This document shows positions 1-12,950 of a stretch of DNA of 64,000 bases, piece by piece. The notes below the pieces were generated by a model that saw only the letters and a list, made by a program, of their open reading frames with translations, was not told where the DNA came from and did not search any database. Every line of letters starts with the position of its first letter. Position 1 is the first letter of the stretch. A program made the translations under genes and the position numbers. This DNA comes from Iphione sp. A-MEVVRFRX5 (lineage: Eukaryota), in the NCBI GenBank assembly GCA_976226885.1, contig OZ320316.1:89218001-89282000 (forward strand), read 5' to 3'.

Positions 1-91
1 CTGCATGGGGTAGCGCTCTTGGAGAAGGAAAACGATTTTAGGGTCACTAAACCACCACAAGAGAAGGGACAACGCCAAAAGCGGCTGCCTC

Positions 92-1162
92 CGGTTTAAA
101 TACATCCAGTATAAGGGAACCATCAGGACGAACATATAACCTCGGTCAACCGACTAAGATGTCGATCGATAAAAGTATCTGTAAAACAGGAGCTTTCAGC
201 GTGAACGTTTCATGAGTATGGGTATTTAATATCATCACAGCACAATTTTGATAGTACAAAGCCATGTGAAAGGCATGGCTATATTTGAAATCAGTACGAA
301 TCTGAGAATGTATATTTTTCGGCCGAACATCCTGTATATGTTTTGAGTTCAATGTATTCATGTCTATCATAAACAAACATATACGTCGGACAGATTATGT
401 TCTTCTAGCATTGACTTTGTGAACATGGTTACGAAAGCTTGACGTCCGGTTGTTCCATTTTTGGTAAAACCCCGTCTACAGATTTAATGCTATACGCATT
501 TCAAATAGCACGATGGGCTCACAGATGCTGCTATGTGGATGAAGCTCCAGGAACTATATGAAATCCATTAGACGTCTTTTCATTAAAGAAAAGCATTTTA
601 CACGAGAGTGCATTTTAGCGACGAAAGCTTGCCACATTAAAGCTACACCCGCATAAAGGTTCTGGTTGTAATTGTGATATGCAGTGTACATACTCGAAAA
701 TATATAAGAGGTCATTAAATAAATGCACCAAAATGTACATACGCATGTGATCACGCTACTTAATTAATGTTCAACCTTTCTATTTCCGATAACATATAAC
801 ATATAAAGATTTCCAATACATCCATTAACGGATGTTCATGGCCATGTTGTCTGTTATGATTCATTTCAATTTTGTTCCAGTATGATAATTCATGATTCTA
901 AGCTCCAGTAACCATTAATTATGCTTTGATCCGCTCTTTATCAGAGTGTCTGTTATGCATGTATAACACGTATTTCCAAAGTAAGAAACAAATAAGACGA
1001 AGGTAATAAACCGAAGCCAGAATATGTGTACTGCAGGAAACCTTGCCCTTTGTACACATAGCACTCCATATTTATTGCCAATCTAGACAGGGGATGATTA
1101 TACAAACCGCGCCCCTTAAAAACGCATGGCCCATGACTTCCCACCCAGCGATGTCGTTTCAT
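92..1162 (-). mobile_element. Decayed Penelope-like reverse transcriptase remnant
   Basis: The track ORFs 953-1162, 554-754 and 146-376 share one minus frame, separated by stops. In order they give GRGLYNHPLSRL (like LPKIHK..PLRP), TGFYQK (like G.FYQQ), CLFMID (like ANLFME), TFTLK..LLSIDIL (like FT.E...LPFLD.L) and RPDGSLILDVFKP at 130-92 (like R..DGSL.T.VYRKP). Consensus recalled, not searched. Confidence 0.5.
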
Positions 1163-1465
1163 AGGTTATAAAGTGATTGTTATTGTTATTTGCTTTAAGA
1201 TTTCATGATTTTATTTCTACCTCTCTTTGTATAATGCAGTTATTATACGATGAGTTCTTCAAGCCTTCCTGAAGTATTTGATTATTTAGTACATATGTAC
1301 TAGGGCAAGATTAAGAGCACCCTAAGGGGCCACACACATGCAAGAGGTCTGTCTACTCTTGCATGATTTGATTTTGATGGTGCTTGATTTCCAGAAAGCT
1401 TTCGAGTGAGTTTCACCTGAGTTACTTGTTACAGTAATGACATGGAGGAGTTAGTTCTAAGAGTA

Positions 1466-2790
1466 GGGGAAAGGTGGGTAATTTGGACCAGTGGGTAAAT
1501 TGGACCACATCAAGATCTCTCATTTTCAGGCAAGGAAGGAATATGAGCACCACCCAACAACAAGTAATATAACTACACAATGTCTCAGAACTAAAAAATG
1601 GTGGCTTCAAAAAAACGTGCCAAGCTGAGACACATTATTGGTTTTACATCTGACTGATCTAATTTTACCAATTATATTTGGCAATGTAGTTGCAAGCAGA
1701 AAGTACATAGACCCCTATCATAACTTTATATCAATACTGTCTCACTCAGAAGCAATACTAACATCAAGTTTAGTCTCTGTCATTTACACAAAAATGAGCA
1801 GAAAATATTTTTCCTGGGGATTGGTGTGTGGGTAAATTGGACCACTATAGGGAGGGTAAATTGGACCACTGGTCAAACTACCTGACTCAGTCCAATCTAC
1901 CTACACAACCATTACCTTTCCTTTTATCTGTTAAGCAGGCTTTGGAGAAACCTTGTGGTATCTGTATTTGGTCTTAACATTGAGCTATCATATGAAGACA
2001 ATCTATTTTGAACTAAGACAGTAAATGTAGTGCAAATTTATGGAATTCCATGATGTACCCTTTTCTACTGTAAGTATTTTTTTATTGAAATGAAAGACAT
2101 CATTTAAGAAAATAAATAGAGAAACATTTATTGGTTTTTATTTATTTACTTTTGGTTTTAACATATTTTGGACTTTGAATGACAAGATAACTGGTATAGA
2201 TGTGTGGTAATTTGTCCAGGTATTCAAGAAGGTCATCAACAAAGCTCCTGTCACTAGTGCAAGGAGCTTTTTAGGCCTGAGAGGTTATCTTGTCAAAGGA
2301 ATTTTCTAGTTTTTAAAATGTTTGGTAAACATTATAAATATACATGTACACACAGTTTATAAAGTTGCAGCAACAGGTATGAAAGGAATCTAATACCCCA
2401 CGAATGCAAGTCCCATTCTGTTGTACATATTCTGATGGTAGAAGTCACAAAGTCAATTGGCATAACAAATAATAGTGACCAAAACCTTTCTAAGCCATGC
2501 TGTTGTTCATGGGACTTACAAATCTAGGACCTAGATTCATTTTACACCTGACTATTCAGAATTTGGCACCTGGTCCAATTTACCCTCCCTGTTCGGTAAA
2601 CTGTACCAGTCAAATACAATTTTTAATTGCATTTTACTCAAAGACTAATCTAACTAAAATTCCCTCAGTTTGTTAAAATATGCTGCAGACCCTAATGCTT
2701 CAAAATAAACAAAGTTTTTGTACAGTGGCTTAGACGTTTTAATTTTAGAGCATGTTGTTCTTAGGGGGTCCAAATTACCCACCCTTCCCC
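1466..2790. mobile_element. Non-autonomous Tc1/pogo-type DNA transposon (MITE), 1325 bp
   Basis: 24-bp TIRs: GGGGAAAGGTGGGTAATTTGGACC (1466-1489) against the reverse complement of 2767-2790, one mismatch. TA on both flanks (1464-1465, 2791-2792). Internal copies of GGGTAAATTGGACCAC near 1493, 1831 and 1854, and an inverted copy near 2571. No transposase ORF. Confidence 0.85.
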
Positions 2791-3229
2791 TACTGCTCTC
2801 CTAACAGGCGGCAAATCATGAGGATGAATACAGGGAATTCTGAAATGAGGGCCCTTCATCTCATCTGTCATTTACGCGTAGGATTTAGCATCAAAATTCC
2901 AGTGCATACTCCTAATGCATTACTGATAATGGTTTGACATGTGCATTGTTTCTAGAATCTGGATCAGCTAGTCCCCAAAATTGTGGGGTGACTCCAGTAG
3001 GAAGGACAACTCTTACGATGATTGCGAATGCGCTATTTAAATAGCCCTGGGTAGGACTGTAGGTATCACGAGTTCAAGGAATATGCTACCTGGTTATAAC
3101 TTGAATGAAAATTAATTTCTAAGATAATCAGATTGTGATAGCCATAGGATTCTCGTGAATGGTCAGGTATGGAGGACTAATGTGTAATTTTGATGGAAGA
3201 TTGGTTCAGTAAATGATAATTTGCTTTAT

Positions 3230-3946
3230 AATTGCTTTATAGTATGATCCCCTTTTCACTGTATCCTTCTTGCCTATGTGTCTCCTAACATTTTCATTTT
3301 AAAAAACTAAAGATAAAGAGACCAGTTTTACGTCAATGCAAACATCCATCCCTACATTCAAGGTTGATGAACAGTAACGTCGTCTGCGCTCACGTTGGCT
3401 GCACAAAAATGGGGCCGTATAGACAAGGATGAAAGGTTGTTGGCATTTTATAAACAATCGAGCTGGCATAAGTAACTGATATTACCCTCAAGGGAGAGCA
3501 ACAAGACATTGCCATTTGGGGGACAGTGCATGCATTAGACAATCAATGACCCCGATGTCGTCGGTCCCCTTAACGGCCGTCATGTAGTGCAGGTATCAGG
3601 CTCCATACTGGGGCTGAAATTATGCAGGCGTTGACCTGACATACCTCTCTATGCGAAGCCTCCACTTCTCGAGTCTGACCTTACCATTACAGGCAAGTAA
3701 TTCTCAGAAAACTTCCGTTGTGCCCCTGCCAGCAGAACTACCAGTTACAGATATCAGCATTGAATCTCTTCCTGGAACTTTTACCATTTCTGCAGTCATT
3801 ATGTATGAACCTGAATTAGCGAAGCAAATATTTACCAGGTCTTTTTTCCGAATGAAGCTAAACACTTCTTCCAGATTCAACATTGCAAATGTGCAACTGC
3901 GAGTGTCGCAATACGTAAGTAATTTTGCAGGGTATTGTTTCTTCAT
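3230..3946 (-). mobile_element. Decayed RTE-like non-LTR RT, N-terminal part (domains 0-4)
   Basis: LNLEEVFSFIRK...NSGSYIMTAEMVKVPG (like TLEEV..AIK..K..G.D.ITAEMLK.GG). After frameshifts, RPLRGPTT (like FRPGRST), RLFIKCQQPFILV (like FIDF.KAFDSV) and TVKRG (like RGVRQG). Confidence 0.45.
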
Positions 3947-4149
3947 GCATGTACTGACATTGAAGTAAACATAATGCTAGACAAGTAGTCATGGCCGAAA
4001 TAGAAAACGAGACGAAGCGAGATAAAGAGAAATCTACTATGGTACAACTGTATGGTTGAGACTACTACTAAGGAGTGAACAAGAGCGAAGGCAATGGAGC
4101 TTGTCATATACACTATATTAATAAGATACTGAATCTATCCAACCATTTC

Positions 4150-6506
4150 AACAAGAAACATGCAGCGAGTGGATTATTAACATTTCAGTCCATATACAAT
4201 TTCACCCCAGGATCACTATGCCCTTAGAGCAAAAAATCAAAATGCCTCTGGTTGAGTTTAATTTGTTGCTGTCTCCAGATAAATTGAAAATATCGGCATA
4301 CCTGATTGCCTCCTGTACATCTAAACTATTTATGTCACTCTCCATAATAATCATACTTGTCCGTAATAGCTGTCTAAAGACATCTTATGAGGAATCAATA
4401 ATAGGAGTACCTAATATCTCGAATAAAACGTTGATGAAAGAAAGTCTAAAAAAACTGGGTGTAACCCACTAGCACGTTAATGGAATTGCGAAGGGCATTG
4501 CGTTTTTTATTCGTCTTGGGATAAGAATTGGTATATATATATTATACTCAGCTAACCAAATAATCTTAAAGGCTGATGTGCCCTAATCTCCCGTGATGTT
4601 TGTTTTTTCCTTTGCTCGGAGGCCCCATCTTTCTCAGAGCCGGGACATTTCCATTCGAGACCCGAATCAGACATCGGCGGTCCACCCAGCGCGCAGGCCA
4701 TACCAACTAGGCAAGGTGGGCGATAATGGGAGAAAATGAGCTGTATGGTAATGGAAATGAGTGTGTCTGGTGCTCGTGGCAATCCTCGGTGGGCGCCTAT
4801 AAGCGTCATTATCATGGAGCTCCACGGACGGACTAAACCCCGTAGGAGTCTGTCTTCGTCCGCAACTCTTCTACGAGCATTTACTCTCTCTATTAAGGAT
4901 CCCACTGCCTCTAAAAACATGGGTCATCCATTTGAATTACTATCGTTAAAAGCAATGTCAACAGGCTAGAGAAACTATCTGACGCTAAATTCACCTAAAG
5001 ATGTAGTACATGCACTGCTAATAATAAAATCGGTTTCAGAAAGCAACTATTCAGGTCGCAGTCATCACTAAATGCCAAATTAAGAATCTTATCCAAAATA
5101 TACGGGGGCGACATGAAATTTCATCACTTGATTCACACCAGCGGCAATTAGTATTTTGTAGAATTTCTCTACAAGCATTTTTGATTAACATCTGCGCCCT
5201 TACTAGAACTTAAACGACATCAGAATATTTCATCCAATCATTGGAATACAAAAAACACACAGAATAGGCAAGCTTGAAGCATGGTAACCATATTGTACAG
5301 AAATTTCTTTTTTTCAAGTAGTGACTGAAATTATAGCGTGATGCAAACAAATTACACATAGCAAGATAATTCACACATTCCATACTTATCGACATGTTGA
5401 AATACATGTAGATGCATACACTGTGGTTCGTGTTTCTAGGCTTGAGGACATTTACTTACATACAGCGTGCGTTACCTGACATCATTGATCAATGGTGGAG
5501 CGGGGATAGGGGAAGGGGAACTATAAATACAGCCTGCATAAGTGTTTGCGTGTTACGTCTCTGTGAAATGGCAAATTATCCTTCGTGTTTTGTGTGGTCA
5601 TCGCCCGAAATAGCACAGTGCATGTTTTGTTTTCGTGACTTTAGTCCTTTTTTTCGCTTTTAGAATAATACTGACTGCCCAGTGCTGTCACCTTAAGACC
5701 AGAGTCTTGATGTAGTACCTAGAGGTCGGACAACGTCAGTTCTCATTCATCGAAACCGCTCTCAAATTCTCATTGCTTGGAAACAGTCGGAGCGAAGCTG
5801 TTTCCTCTTGAGGGCTAATCCATAATGGCTGTCAGTGGGACTCAGACAGAAACCACGGAGACGAAATCACAAGAAGTGATGGAGGCGGCCCCAATGGGCG
5901 GCCCCTGTGTATTATGGGAGATAAAGTAGTTGCGATCACCCTAGATTGCCCGCTGTGTATTTTCTATTTAAGAAAGTTGGTCTGCTGTCTCTGCTTTGGC
6001 TCGACACATATTTGTAAACTTTAAAAGGACATGCAGAGAATGCTGCTACGGAGTTAACCGCTTCTTTCGCTCTTTTATGTACACAGTATCATTTTCTTCG
6101 CCAAGCTTCTCGGCAACAGTCGATTTTTTTCTAGGTGACATAGTCTGTCTGATACGGGCAAAAACTGCCCTTATGCAGCTGATTTCCTGTAGGAGCTCGA
6201 TAAATATATCATTCATGTGGGTATTAGGTTCGTAATCGATTGTTATAAATCGATGATCTGATAATAAATGGGCGGTACGATGTAAAACGCAGAGGCTGTC
6301 CATCGAATGTCAGGTCATTCATAGAGCTCTGCACATCCTATGTGATTGGAGCCGATCGCACCGAAAGATAAGACATTACACGGTCGAGTAAATGGTTTGC
6401 TGTGAATAAACAAGACTTGCGGTCGCAGAGGATGCAGCAATGCTGACAGTCCTTGCTCCTGCATCTTTCTTACAGTACGCGAGTAAGATATATGACTATG
6501 TGACAA
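4150..6506 (-). mobile_element. Decayed RTE-clade LINE: APE endonuclease end, linker and RT domains 1-6
   Basis: Correct domain order on the minus strand: GSNHIG (like NQIDY) and LLSDHRFITID (APE SDH motif, about 6270); linker AEKLG...YIKERKK; GLVRPWSSMIMTL (like GFRPGRST.DQIFTL, about 4830); FRLSFINVLFEIL (like LSP.LFNI); IRYADIFNLSGDSNKLN (like LRYADD..L.A.S, about 4300). Interrupted by stops and an unrelated 5000-5700 segment. Confidence 0.5.
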
Positions 6507-7599
6507 ACGGTAATGGCGATGATATGTACCACTACGTTTACGCCTCTAAGAGCTTGAATACGAGAGATGCACCAAATGTCCTGGAGCTTGCAATTTTTAC
6601 CGACTCAGTGCCCATCAACGGGGCTTGATTCATGCATTCCTGTTGTATTTGCTACACTAGGTCTACATAGCGAAAGAATCAAATGGGGAAATCTATTTCA
6701 TAACACTTGATTTTACGTGATGGTACTGGGAATGAAACACGAAGACAGGCCTAATAGGGTTCCATGGTCTTTTTTTTTAGTTTTAAATAAGTCCCCTGTA
6801 GAAAAAAGAACGTGTACACTGTAAAATACACGCTTTTCCCTACTGAGACCATTCCAGTGTATGCCGTCTAAACATATGCCGCACCGTTTACCTTGGACTG
6901 CGGTCTCATGGCTAATAATGGGGTCTTGATTATAAAAACACAGATCGAATGCATCTCATACAGTGTCAGTTACCCGATAAATCGATAATCGCAACTCGAT
7001 GTCCTTACAAAAGCACACCATGTATCGTGGTGCTTAATTGCAGATCGACATTTTAAGTCGAGCCTTGTCACATTTACTCACTTCGAGTCAGACCTAAACA
7101 TTTTCGGTAAGTACATATGATTATTTTAATACTTTCATCTGATGGCTCTTCATTCATCATTTACCTTTACCACCGTGTGAGGTGTTAGCCTTATGGGTAT
7201 GTTTTATAGTTGCACTGTACATCGTGAAGAACTCGGTGACATAGGTTTTATGTGTGTCCCAAGGTCAATATATATGACCAGAATGGACATAAGTTTAATA
7301 CTGTCGTACTTGACTGGTCATTCTTTACAAGTTAGGCATTCTTTGGGTATTTTTCGTTTGTATACATGCTATACTGTAGTTGGTGATAGCAACATAACAT
7401 ATTCTTACTCAATGTTGTGAATGCGGTAAAACTAGTGTAGGATCCTGGTGCAACTATGCAAATTTTGCCATGGGATATCCACCTCAGACCCGTGTCCTAG
7501 CTCCTAAGCGTTTTAAAATAGTTCCACTTCTTGGTGTCATGATTTTCCTCCCAGTGGTTAGGTCTGTTTGTGTGTCACAGATTATATTCCCATTTTCAT

Positions 7600-8420
7600 G
7601 TCCATGACAATTTTCTGCTGGTCCTACCCATTTAGCATTTTCATTGGTGGTAGTCTGGTACCCTCCCTCTTCTCAATCATTTGGACCCTTGTATTACCGT
7701 AAATACGGGGGTTCACCACGCTGCTTATTGGTGTGGCATTATGGGTCTGTGTCACCCCATAATTTCCTGTATCACATATAAATTTTGTGGATGAGCCGAT
7801 GTTCCAGCAAAGAGAAGAAAGGATTGTATTACTGTGGTTTAAACCTTAATGGTGTCATCAGGTGACATGGGGATTTTCTGTCGAAATTATGTGTAATGTG
7901 ACCCGTTTGTTGCAGCCATCACCATGAGTGGTACAAAATGGAAGGGAGTTGGGGTTGTGGCCCAGTGTTCTCATTTGAATTCAAGCCATAATTCATGTGC
8001 TAGAGTCACCTGGTAGACCTTCTAATATTAGGATAAGGGTCACCTCCATGGTTGAGAGGTTTAGTGGGAAAAGGGAGGCTCCCATACCATGGAATACTGT
8101 GAGGGTCAAAGGTCCTGCTTCTGTTTGGAATGTGTCTATACATGTATATGTTACGTTGGGAGAGATATGCATGTTTTAGTCATCCTTGACTGTAGAGTAG
8201 CCCCCCTTCCCATCTCCTATGGTAATTGTGACCCAGGCCACACAGAAATTCCATTTTCTTTCTGTATTCAGTGGTGGTCAGTTTCCATGCATTTGCATGT
8301 CCATGTATGAATCACACCACATGTATAGTGGTATCCTGTAGTCTTTGGTGTGAATACTTATTGCAAATTTGGTTGCCACCAGGCAAGATTGGTGTGGTGT
8401 GTGATGCTTTTCATAAAAGG
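7600..8420 (-). pseudogene. Degenerate HYR (hyalin)-like repeat segment, about 3 units
   Basis: One minus frame with several stops: VAWVTITIGDGKGG...PNVTYTCID..AGPLTLTV; CNKRVTLHIISTENPHVT; SSLCWN...DTGNYGVTQTHN...YGNTRVQ. This follows the recalled HYR pattern (V.W..P.ATDNSG..T..H.PG..F..G.T.VTYTATD..GN..C.F.VTV.D.ENP). Confidence 0.4.
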
Positions 8421-8759
8421 ATTGTACAAACAGATGAAACTATTAGGAAAAGTATTTTGTTGTAAAGAAAAGAAAGAATTACAAATTTGATTTGTTAATG
8501 CACACACCCCACTTTGCATGCATCTGTAAACCTGACATTTCTCATTTGATACAACCTGTCAAACCTGTCGAACTTCACTTGTGCACCCCCTGTACCAGTA
8601 GCCTGGAATATTAGTCTTCCAGTAACAGTGATATGCACGTAGTTAAATGCCTGAAGATGTATATATTCGCATAAATCTATTTATCTCAACAGTATAAATG
8701 CCTGGCACTATGTACAACCTATTTAATACATACATCATCCCTGATATATCAGCCTATTT

Positions 8760-10115
8760 CAGGATAACGCATTCATATGTATCTTTTTCTTTTTAACAAG
8801 ACACTTTAACACCATCCAATCAATCGGGTTAAGTAGACGATCGGGTGCAGAAACGGAGATAAATCGGAGGCATAGGTACATGGGATACAGTCTGCTCGGT
8901 GTAGCCTGTCCTTGTAGTTCGGTCACTTTTAAATTCTCATTAAAGGCCGATTTACCATGCCATCCATCACTTGCCGTTGGATTTATCACGATTGCCGATC
9001 CTTGTTCGAGCTTAGGCTCATAAATGAGGACAGATTGGATGACATCGCCAATCAAAAGATTGTTTACCTACGATCAACAAACGACCGGTGGTAAGTAGGT
9101 GGGATAAAGCGGAACACGTTGACGTCGATCTAGGTACATGAGGTACGACGGCATGGGTGCGTTCTTGAAACTGATATTTAATTAGGTGTCTATATCGTTG
9201 AAGCCAGTTAGCGAGTGCTGATATTTGTGGAACTGCCGCGAGGAAAGGTCAGTAGCCCTTATACAGCTTTCGGCGATACGGTGTCGACGCCTGAAGCATG
9301 TCGCTACTGGCGTCGATACATTAGGGTGGGGGAACCCCGCTCGCTGGCCCACCGCCGCGTCCGGCGTCAGGGATCCTGACCAGGCAGGTCGGGAGCTGCT
9401 CTGGGGCTGCTCCACCCCGTCACCCATTGAACTTGTGACCCGCGCGTAGCCCCCATCAGTTCGCATCTGGCCGTAGCCAGCTCATTCATTACCAAACGCC
9501 CGCCAGAAGCTATTCTCTCCCCAAAGCCTCACTGCCCTGGTCTAAACGAGTTATGACTGATTTAGGACAATACCTTCCCCCGGCGCCCCCTGGAAGTAAC
9601 TACTCCCCGGGAAGTTAACCACGGTTTCTGTTCTTCGCGTACACGATTTCACTCCCTTTGTCCACGGTCTCTGTCTGATCAATGCGATGATATCACATTA
9701 CTGCGGATCGGCTTACCCTGCCATTAAAGTGAAGTGTTCTGATGAGGGATGAAAAAATAACCGTGTGAAGTAGATGCGCTCTGGAACACTGGCTTCTGAG
9801 AAGTTAACGTCCCTACTTTTAAATGTATTCCTATATGCTGGGGCCCATCTCCTGTCCTGTACCTTAAGCATTCCTTTCGGACATTCCCGGCGAGCAGTAG
9901 CATCCCGTCTTATTAGTGCCTATTGCGCTGTCCCTGTTGGAGAGGCCGAACCGACCCTCGAGCATCAATATGCCCTGGTCTCCTCCGCTGTGATAGGAAT
10001 ACCGAAGACTGTGTCAATACCCTAGCACCAGGGGAGCGACCTTCCAATTTAGCAGGTCACCTTCCTCCCATAGTAACTCGGACCAGGTTTCGAAGGGCCA
10101 CAGGAGACGTAACCC
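8760..10115 (-). mobile_element. Decayed Ty3/gypsy pol: RT, RNase H and pre-integrase linker
   Basis: In order: SELL...LVLGY*H (like IDELL..DL..GYHQ), GILMLEGRFGLSN (like GLYEF..MPFGL.N), AHLLHT..LIRTLHFN (like EHL.HL..LR...L.LN), AVRLWGENSFWRAF (like VRSFLGL.NYYRRF), APEQLPTCL (like AFEQLK.CL), CIDASSDMLQA (like TDAS..GLGA), LQRYRHLI..QERTH and GRLL..KQSFDW (like GRLARW..LQEFDF). The catalytic YxDD is not intact. Confidence 0.6.
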
Positions 10116-10586
10116 GATGATATTTCCAATTCACTATTTTCTATATTTAACATGACACAAAAAAATTAATGTAAATGATGACGAGAGGACAATTTTTATT
10201 TCTTCGACCCCTACAAGCATGCATTCAAGTTAGAGTGGAAGGGTAGCTTACTTTGCATTTGGAGAATAAAATTTAACACCCTACTGGTAAATTTCTATTC
10301 ATAATTCAACTCAGTTATTCATATCAATGTCTGAAGTCCTTCTGTCCTCAGAAGTCGAAGTTTCATAGTCTAATTCTATGTGTTTTTATAACTACAAAGA
10401 ATTGCCTTCATGAACAAAAAGCTACAATAAGCCCTCATTTGAATTAAATCTCCTCCGAGTTTACTTCAAGGCCCTAGCATTTGACTGCAGCTCGTCTCTA
10501 TTACACACGTCAGAACCCGTCGGAGGCGCTTCGGAAGGCGTAATGAAGCCGTCAGAAGGGCCTAGATTATGGTGAAATAATACACA

Positions 10587-11252
10587 ATGACTGACAGAGG
10601 GATCAAGTTTGGTCGCCGCGTGAGAAATGTGAAGATTTGGCTGCGGCGCCACCTTAAGCCTACCCCCTTTCGTACATTGACAAGAATGGAAAGAAAAGTG
10701 AGCTCGCTTTGGGTTCAGTTTCAAAAAGATGGGTGCCTAATCCTTGGGTCTTGCGTCCTGCCGACCTCTCGAGTGTTTCCGGATAGCGTGGCCAGGACTG
10801 ATAATGCTCAACAAGGTTTTTCCACACGACACGCAGGCCGTCGAGGCTTTATGTCTTCCAGGCACAACCGAACGGTTTGTATGATGTATGAGCTATGCAG
10901 AAAGTCCCATGTGGACGAAAGCGTCCGAGCAGCCACAGATAGAAACGAGAGAAGTTCGTTCGGGGCCAAATGGATGGCAGCCGGACACGGAAGGGGCCCG
11001 TAAGTCGGGAGCCCCCCCGCCCTACCTATATATGCCGATGATTACGCAGCATGCATGTCGGCGGAGTTTGCCGATGAGATGTGGGTCCTCAATTGTTTCT
11101 GTTGCTGGATGAAGTCATCTCTGAGCTGTCTGATCGATAGGGATCGGGACCGACTGTATAGGCAGTTAGGCTACTGGCTCCGGGGGGTCTGGGTGATTGG
11201 TACAATCGGGCGGATGAAATGGAGATCACAGGTATACAGAAGAGTAGGCTGA
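10587..11252 (+). mobile_element. Decayed L2/CR1-like non-LTR RT
   Basis: ORFs 10587-11003 and 11055-11252 share a frame, broken by one TAA (11001-11003). Contains NAQQGF, LPIYADDY (11022-11045), CWMKSSL (like WM..N.L.LN) and RQLGYWL (like R.LGV.LD). Confidence 0.45.
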
Positions 11253-12149
11253 GATAGTCACCGCTGGTGGCGGGCGCCATGGTGACCAACTACGGCTATT
11301 TTTATCATAACCAGACTATTCGGTAACACGAGGGATTCGTTCAGTTTTCATACACATGTATATCTCATAAGCTGGTCAACCATTGTCGTTCATATGTAAT
11401 CATTCATGCAAAACCAGCGGTAAAGTGCATGCGATAGGCAGTCATCTATTAGAGTACGAACACACACACACCACCTTCCAGATATGGTTCTGTAGATGAT
11501 TAGGTGTTGTTTAATTAAAGAACAGAATCATACGCCTAAAATATGGTCTACTCATATATCCCCTTTAAAGGCTAATATGTACGCCTGTCGACTTTCAATT
11601 AGCTGCCTGCTGCCATTTGTTATAGAGGTTATCTAGGCCACATACAATCGGTATCTATTTTTTCTACCAGTATAACTTTATTATTTATATACGCGCGGGA
11701 ATCCTCTAGTACCTTAAAACGATTTCATAGTGACAACGAGCAACATTGGATTTTCCACGAATTATTGAAATCGTCATGGAGATCACCTAAAATACAGAGG
11801 TATGCACAAGCCGTTCACCCCTTTAGACGACCACATGGGAAACCGCGATATTTGAATGTTAAAAATAAACCCCCCTTTTACGCTTAGCTTTGAACGTCGA
11901 CTCCTGTGAATGACAAAAATATCCTGGAAGAATTTATTTGATATTCTAGAAGTACACATTTGCCAATAGTTAAGTTTCTAAGACCGGATGCCTTTTCCTA
12001 TAGTCTATTCGGGTCAGCAATATAGCTCGACGAAAATGATACGGATGCAGGGCCCGTGTATGTAGTGGTACAGGATAGGTCATCACGGGGGGCAATTTTC
12101 TTCCCGATCTGCTCCCCTTTTCTGCTAGGATTCTGATAACCCTTGGCTT

Positions 12150-12570
12150 ACCCCTTTGGTTAGCATTCCGTCAAGGAATCGAGTGAGCATGTGAGGCCAC
12201 CCAGATCTGCTAGCCTCACTGCCTCTCCACTTCTGTGCACAGTCCACCCGGCCCCGACCCGCCCTCCCATTCGCCAGCCTACCGCGTCCCAAAACACAAT
12301 TTGGTCAATTGACAGGCGTTGGCCAAACCAGGCGCAGCTCGGACGCACGCAGAGGACAGCGCGGTGTCAGGCGACTGCCCCCTTCAGGTGATGGGAATTG
12401 TAGACGGCCCAAACAGCAGCCTTAGAAAAAGGCGTTGACAGCAGGATTGCTAGAGTGGGCCGTGGATTGTGTTAGCAACTCACAAAGAAGGGACACAGGG
12501 GTTGGTTTATCTAGACCCCCGTCGTCGCGGTAGACGTGGGCGCCATTCACAGCCAGCTTCACTTAATTAT
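12150..12570 (+). mobile_element. Possible gypsy integrase C-terminal remnant
   Basis: PLQV...*SGPWIVL...VYLDPRRRGRRGRH resembles LQVGD.V...W.GPY.V...Y.L. GC-rich and frameshifted. Confidence 0.3.
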
Positions 12571-12735
12571 TCACATGGTAATGATTGTCCTTTAAAAAAA
12601 CACGCGTTGTTAGCAATGAGTCACTGGACCATATACATGTTATATAGTTGTTTACAACATAAATTGTTTTTCGTTGAAATTTTTATTATAACATGTGGAA
12701 GCATTCTCACATTATGAGGTGCCATGAAAGTGTTA

Positions 12736-12950
12736 TCAACATGATTCATATGAATTTTCAGATACACGATGCCCGGCCTGGTATGGGAGTGGAATACCTA
12801 TTAAAACTGAGGGCCGAGACGGTGCATAACACACTATTCCAACCACGATTGCCCAAAGTGATGGGACTTTACAGACGGGTGTACCGCATTCATCCCCCTT
12901 TTTGCCAGAAATCCTCCTCACAGATTTTTACAAAACTAATCAGGTAAAAC
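12736..12950 (-). mobile_element. Short non-LTR RT N-terminal remnant
   Basis: PD*F... then ISGKKGDECG...SLWAIVVG, like P.DW..I.PI.KKGD..C.NYR.ISL. Confidence 0.25.

Noticed and set aside
7200-8465. Retroviral/errantivirus env gene downstream of gypsy pol
   Set aside because: The signal-like start and NxS/T sites suggested env, but I found no furin site, fusion peptide or TM anchor. The sequence fits HYR-type repeats better.
9794-9817. Copia integrase motif SRDVNFSE
   Set aside because: It lies in a different frame inside a region that reads consistently as gypsy RT, with no other copia motifs.
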